From: Octopus vulgaris
Taxonomy: Eukaryota
NCBI GenBank assembly: GCA_951406725.2
Contig: OX597814.1
Coordinates: forward strand, 70,618,001 to 70,682,000
Reading direction: 5' to 3'
Length of the DNA stretch: 64,000 bases
The position numbers and the translations under genes were made by a program. The notes beneath the pieces are model-generated. The model searched no databases, was not told the DNA's origin, and worked only from the letters and a program-made list of their open reading frames with translations. The first letter of the stretch is position 1. Every line of letters starts with the position of its first letter. Positions 57,619 through 64,000 of this stretch are shown in pieces.

Positions 57619-58727
57619 TGTATGAATGTATACATACAATAGAACTCCATAAACTAGAAACCCCCAAGTGAGTATACATGAACAAGAACTAGAATTTCAA
57701 TGAACTTAGAATCAAGAGAACACCACAAGATACAGAAGGCTCACAGTCAACAAGCACAACAAACATATATACATCTGTCATCAGGTGCCTAATGGATATC
57801 GTTGTAGTTTTGACCCCTAGGCAGTATCTTTCAATCCAGTAATGACAATGGTATTAAAAACATAAACATAATCTGAGAATTAAAAGACAAGAAGCAGGAG
57901 CAAAACATTAGAACATTATGTCTATTTGTTACAAATCTACTTGTTACAAATACAAATATCAAATCTCTATAAAGCACAGAAATTAAATATTTGATAGAAA
58001 GCAAAGAACTTTCCTCACAATAGACATTGCCACCTCAAGAACTTTAGAACTTAAAACAGAACATTAAAACAAGCTAGCAAATTAAACATACTGAACATAG
58101 TAAAAAACCAATGTTGCCAGTGCTAAAAATGGAAAATAATAATGACCTAAGGAATAATCTGCTTAGAAGTGTAAACATATAAATTAATTAAAAAACATAA
58201 GACACTAGAAATTGCTTCTCATCCATTTATAATATATCTGAGACAATTAAAACAAAACAAATGCAAATTAGAGTAACATATCCCTGTAACTGTCAGGCTC
58301 CAGTCTGTCTTAAAGAAGTCCAACATAGGAATAACCTATTGTAGACCAAGACCTTAAGTACAGAAAATATATTCAAATGAATAGTTTATCTAGAAACATA
58401 ATATGAAAAAGGCAATCTTTATATCCATCTTAACAAGGATGCTTTGTTAGAACACCAAATACTGCGTTATATATCTTGAGAGGTCCTTTTATTTGGATGC
58501 ATAAAGCATAAAAGCACTCATATTTATATCATTGGCAGATGAAAATTGTCTCCTATAGGTATCGGAACTGCCAAATCAGGTGATTTCAACCTGCCCAGTC
58601 TTTTCAGTGGTAGATGTCCAGTAGTGGTATAATAGTTGACTATCACTGTCAACGATATATAGAATTTCAGTGCCTTTTCAGGCTCTGATGTTGCAAATAG
58701 CCAGCAGGCTTATTTAAAAAATAATCA

Positions 58728-58979
58728 TTAGCAATAGAGGCAGTATTAATACTAAAATGCAATCGTTATATCCAATTTAATATGGATGTTTTGTTAGAAC
58801 ACTGAATATTATGTTACCTTGAGAGTGCCTCTCATATGGATGCATGGTGCATAAAAACATATTTAAATCATTTAAATCCTCTCAAGGTAAATAATGCAGT
58901 ATTTGGAATTTTAACAAAATATGACATTAAGTTGGATATAATGATTGTGTTCTGGTATTAATACAGCTTCTGTCGCTAT
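58728..58979. repeat. Foldback/inverted repeat (~100-bp arms); partial direct copy at ~58435-58520
   Basis: TAGCAATAGAGGCAGTATTAATAC...TTACCTTGAGAG pairs with CTCTCAAGGTAA...GTATTAATACAGCTTCTGTCGCTA. Confidence 0.75.
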
Positions 58980-59227
58980 TAATTATTATATAATATAAAA
59001 TTGACTAAAACACCCAAATTGTAGTGTAAAATACTAATACTTAAAATAAGCTAAATGTAAATCATCGGAATAACATTTTAACTATCATGCCTACGTTGAA
59101 ATAAATCAATGTTGACCTACAACTATTATGGTTTTAGGTGAAAATATTTGTTTAAATATTTTTTCTAGAATTATAGAAAAAACATGATATAAAATTTACT
59201 AAAACAGACAAGTTATAACAAAGCTAT

Positions 59228-59716
59228 TCTGGCTGGTGTTTCTAGTACATCCCACGACCACCTGGTACCTTCCTCATTTCTTTGTCACTCTGGTATGTAT
59301 TGATGTTTGTCAATATCATTTTCCCATAGACACATTTATGTTATTAAAATAAATTTTTTTAATTTATGACTTTTTCAACAATTGTCTCTGTTTATAATTT
59401 AAATATATTGGAGTTTGAGAAGATCATTGCTGAGATTTATCCACAGTGATTTAAAAGAGATATATAAAAGAAGATTTACTTTAATAGCATACTTTTCTGT
59501 TAGTAACTGTCTTTTCTTACCCGGACACATACACCTCACTTGATTCAGGGGTGAATTAAAAAATTTTAATTACAATGCTTTTTTCTGTTACTCCTGCTTC
59601 ATCATTCCATAAAATGTGTTTATGGAGAGAAAAATATGGTAAAACATCAATATATGTCAGAGTGACAAAGAAATGAGGAAGGTGGTAGTGGAATGTGCTA
59701 GAAACAACAGCCAAAT
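59228..59716. mobile_element. MITE-like element with ~85-bp terminal inverted repeats
   Basis: GGCTGGTGTTTCTAGTACAT...ACCTTCCTCATTTCTTTGTCACTCTG...TTGATGTTT vs AAACATCAA...CAGAGTGACAAAGAAATGAGGAAGGT...TGCTAGAAACAACAGCC. Confidence 0.75.
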
Positions 59717-59783
59717 CTCACTTAAATCATCCACCTTTCCATCTGGAAATATTTACAATTTGCTGAAAAGAATTTACCCATAG

Positions 59784-61020
59784 TTTTTAAGTGTGCAGTG
59801 CAAAAAAACCTTGTCAAAATCGGTTTTTCCTGGTGGGGTAAAAAAAAATCAAATTTTCAAAACTTTTTTCATTAAAAGATGTTCTCCAACCCTATCATTT
59901 CGAAGGCCATGGTAAAACGAATTGGAAAAATTTATCAAAACAGATAAAAACCAACTTAAACGGGTGTCCTGATCTGAAACTCTGGCCAAAAATTTATTAA
60001 ATTTATTAAAACTTAGCTTTATTTTCATGGTTCGCATTTTCCCCTGTGCTTCATGAGACAATGAGCAGGAATCACTCCCCCCACCTACCAAAAAATTAAA
60101 AGGAAAATCACTCAGAAAATAATTCTAAAAAAGAGATAAGTTCATGGTAAAATTGTCACCATCTTCTGTGGGAAACCTAAAATGGTAGGTAAAATTCTAT
60201 TTCATGGGAATTATGTAGATCTTTATTTCTTTTCTTGTTTAGGATTATTTTCTGATTGATTTCTTTTTTTCTTTTTTTTTGTGGGGTGGAGTGGAATTCT
60301 TGCTTATTGAGTGAAAAGGTCAAAGCACATGTTAAAGTTATTGCCACTTTAGAAAGGAAGCATGGGGTAAAATGAATGGAAAATTAAGGTAAATTTTAAT
60401 AAATTTTTGGTTTTCAGTGAAAATATTAAAAAAAGGAAATTCATAAATACAGATATGAGTGTAATGAAAGAAGTTTGAAAAAATAAGGAATTGTTTTTAC
60501 ATTCATTTATATTTTGTTTGAGTGCCATGGAAAAAACTTTGATAACAACTGTTTTCAAATTTATTTATTTTTCCTTTGAGTGTAATGGGAAAAGGGTTTT
60601 AAAAAATTCCATGTTGAGAGAAACAAATTCATAAATTTCAGGGTTTTATATGGTTTCACTATGGTTTTCAAATTACATTTCATTTTCTGTTTGAAAAGAA
60701 AGAGTTGGTGGGATTGTAATGGGATTTGCTACCTGAGGAGTGGCAGGGGTGGGGGGTGGGGGGGTTAATAAATTAGATTTTACAAATGTTTCTATTTTTT
60801 TTCTGAAATGGCTTCCTCTCTCGTTTTTAAGTGTGCAGTGCCAAAAAATTGACCAAAATCGGTCTGGAGGGGGAGGGGTAAAAAATTATATCTTTATGAA
60901 AATCTTTTTTATTAAAAAGATGTCTGCCCACCCATCATTTTCTAAGGGTGTAGTGAAAAAAAATTTTTTTTAAACCCCTGTCAAAATGGAGAAAATCCAA
61001 CTTATGTAAGCATCCTGAAC
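59784..61020. repeat. Diverged ~200-bp direct repeats at ~59784-59980 and ~60824-61020
   Basis: Shared TTTTAAGTGTGCAGTGC..AAAA...CAAAATCGGT...GGGGTAAAAAA...ATTAAAAGATG...ATCATTT. Confidence 0.65.
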
Positions 61021-61231
61021 TGGAATATTGCCATAGTTTCCTTTTCCAAGTAAAGAATAACATTTTACAGATTTCATTGATCTAAAAAATGTAAACAAAC
61101 ATACACGCACACACATACATTCACACATGTATATGTATGTACATGCGTAGGTGTATATAAATATGTATGCATATGTAAGAGTGTATTTGAAACTCCAACA
61201 AAATCTTATTTTGAAAACAAGAGTTTAATAT

Positions 61232-61684
61232 TGAGGGAGGGATAGCCTCAGCTATCTATACATGTTGAAACCATAGATGATTTAACAAAAAACATCTATA
61301 ATACACCTTTATACGAATACAAGCTGTCAGTGGTTGAGACGAATAAAACAATTTTTTTTCAAAATTATTGTGAGTTAATAGATTTTGGTTAAACTTGTAA
61401 ATTAAATATATCAATTTAAAAAAAAATAATTTAATTTAAATTATCAAGTGTACCTTCCTCGGCACTATCACTCCATATTTACAAAGAAACATGAATAATT
61501 TTTTAAAATACTACCTTGATAATTTAAATTAAATTAAAAATTGATTTATTTCATTTACAAGTTAAACCCAAAATTATAGTACACTGGCAGCTTGTATTTG
61601 TATCAAGGTGAATTATAGATGTTTTTCCTTGAATCATCTATATTTTTCAACATGCATGGAAATAGCCGAGGCTATCCCTCCCTC
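61232..61684. mobile_element. Palindromic foldback/MITE (~200-bp arms)
   Basis: GAGGGAGGGATAGCCTCAGCTAT... vs ...ATAGCCGAGGCTATCCCTCCCTC; pairing continues inward to TTTAAATTATCAAG/CTTGATAATTTAAA. Confidence 0.85.
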
Positions 61685-61768
61685 TGTTTATTTTTGTACA
61701 TTTTATTTTGCTGCCAGGCAGAATCATGTTGAAATCTGATAAGGAAGCTTAACTTACTTTCACTCTTG

Positions 61769-61833
<65 letters not shown>

Positions 61834-61906
61834 CATGTGTGTGTGTGTGTATATAAAAATAATATGGGTGGCTAATTTGCAATTTTACAACCTAAAGGCA
61901 AAAATA

Positions 61907-62738
61907 TTGGGTCATCCCATAAATAATGCGGTTGTTTCAATTGCATGAACTAAAAGTCAGAGGGAGACGGGGTAAACTACCTGCATAAACTTGCTATAAA
62001 ATTAGGTAGTAATTTTACCTTGTTACTTATTATTATTGTAGGTTTTGAAGAGTGCAGTTCGATTTTAACAGTTATTTTTTCAAAGCTACAATGGAAGTGA
62101 CAAAGGAGCATATTCAGCATATTTTGCTTTATGAGTTCAATAAAGACAACAATGCAAAAGAAAGTGTGAGGAATATTAACGCAGTATATAGGGATCAGAC
62201 AATAAGCGTAAGCTAGTGTCAATGGTGGTTCCAGAAATTCTGAACTGGAAGCTACAACCTATAAAACAAGCCTCATCCTAGAGGATCTGTAGAGCTAGAC
62301 AATGACATCCTGGTGGAACAAAATCCCATCGTAATTGTTGAGGAACTTGTAGAAGAGCTTGGATTTGGTCATTCAACACCTGCATGCTATCAGAAATGTC
62401 AGCAAATTAGGTCACTGGGTTCCTCACATACTTTCTGAGTCTAATCACGCACAGAGAGTGAATGTGTGCTCTTGTTAACTGTCATATCTCACGAATTAAC
62501 CTTTTTGGGATCAAATAGTAACTGGTGACAAGAAATGGGTTCTCTATAATATGAATTCTGTAGACGAGGTCAGAATAGTAATGGAGGAGTATTTTTCATT
62601 ACGGACAAACCTACTATATAGAAGTGCAATGTAGAAAATGAAGGAGAGTACATTTTAGATTAAAATAGAACTTTGTTTATTTGAATTTAGAAAAATAAAA
62701 GAAGTATACAAAAACCGCATTATTTATAGGATGACCCA

Positions 62739-62739
<1 letters not shown>
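61907..62739 (+). mobile_element. Internally deleted mariner with both TIRs and TA target-site duplication
   Basis: TA|TTGGGTCATCCCATAAATAATGCGGT ... ACCGCATTATTTATAGGATGACCCAA|TA; from ATG 62091 MEVTKEHIQHILLYEF..WFQKF, then WVPH and IVTGDKKWVLY. Confidence 0.92.
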
Positions 62740-62771
<32 letters not shown>

Positions 62772-62919
62772 TATATACAGATTTGGTAAAGATTTTATAA
62801 CTGAAGCAGATCTCATGATATAGCTTCAAATAAATCTTGATAGTTTTTATTACTATACCCATTATGATACCTGTCGACTCCCTCAGGCCACTTCCTAACA
62901 GGCATTGCTCCTTGCAAAT

Positions 62920-64000
<1,081 letters not shown>

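Noticed and set aside
57770-57840. Minus-strand CTGATGA with TGCCTA/TAGGCA stem as a hammerhead
   Set aside because: Stems II and III could not be closed around the GAAA; at most a decayed remnant

Overview
Eukaryotic (animal) genomic DNA, very AT-rich, with long (TA)n arrays. The repeat content suggests an octopod cephalopod (inference, not verified). The only host gene I can support is the 3' end of MEGF8 on the + strand: a penultimate coding exon at 50549-50768 and a terminal exon at 52694-53565 (TM helix plus MASRPFA motif). I found no further MEGF8 exon upstream, so 1-50548 is probably one very large intron filled with transposons. These include RTE-type LINE copies with a PHD finger inserted in the RT, CR1/L2-group LINEs (one near full length with a tandem-CCCH ORF1), a BovB-like RTE with three C2H2 fingers, a decayed OTU-Rep-Pif1 Helitron with an intact CTAG 3' end, Penelope-like GIY-YIG fragments, two mariners and tRNA-derived SINEs. 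Foldback/MITE-like elements lie downstream of the gene. The most interesting unannotated signal is a set of six different type I hammerhead-ribozyme folds read by eye, one of them inside a tRNA-headed SINE. Nearly all long Tyr/Ile ORFs are microsatellite artefacts. Element boundaries are approximate unless a motif defines them.
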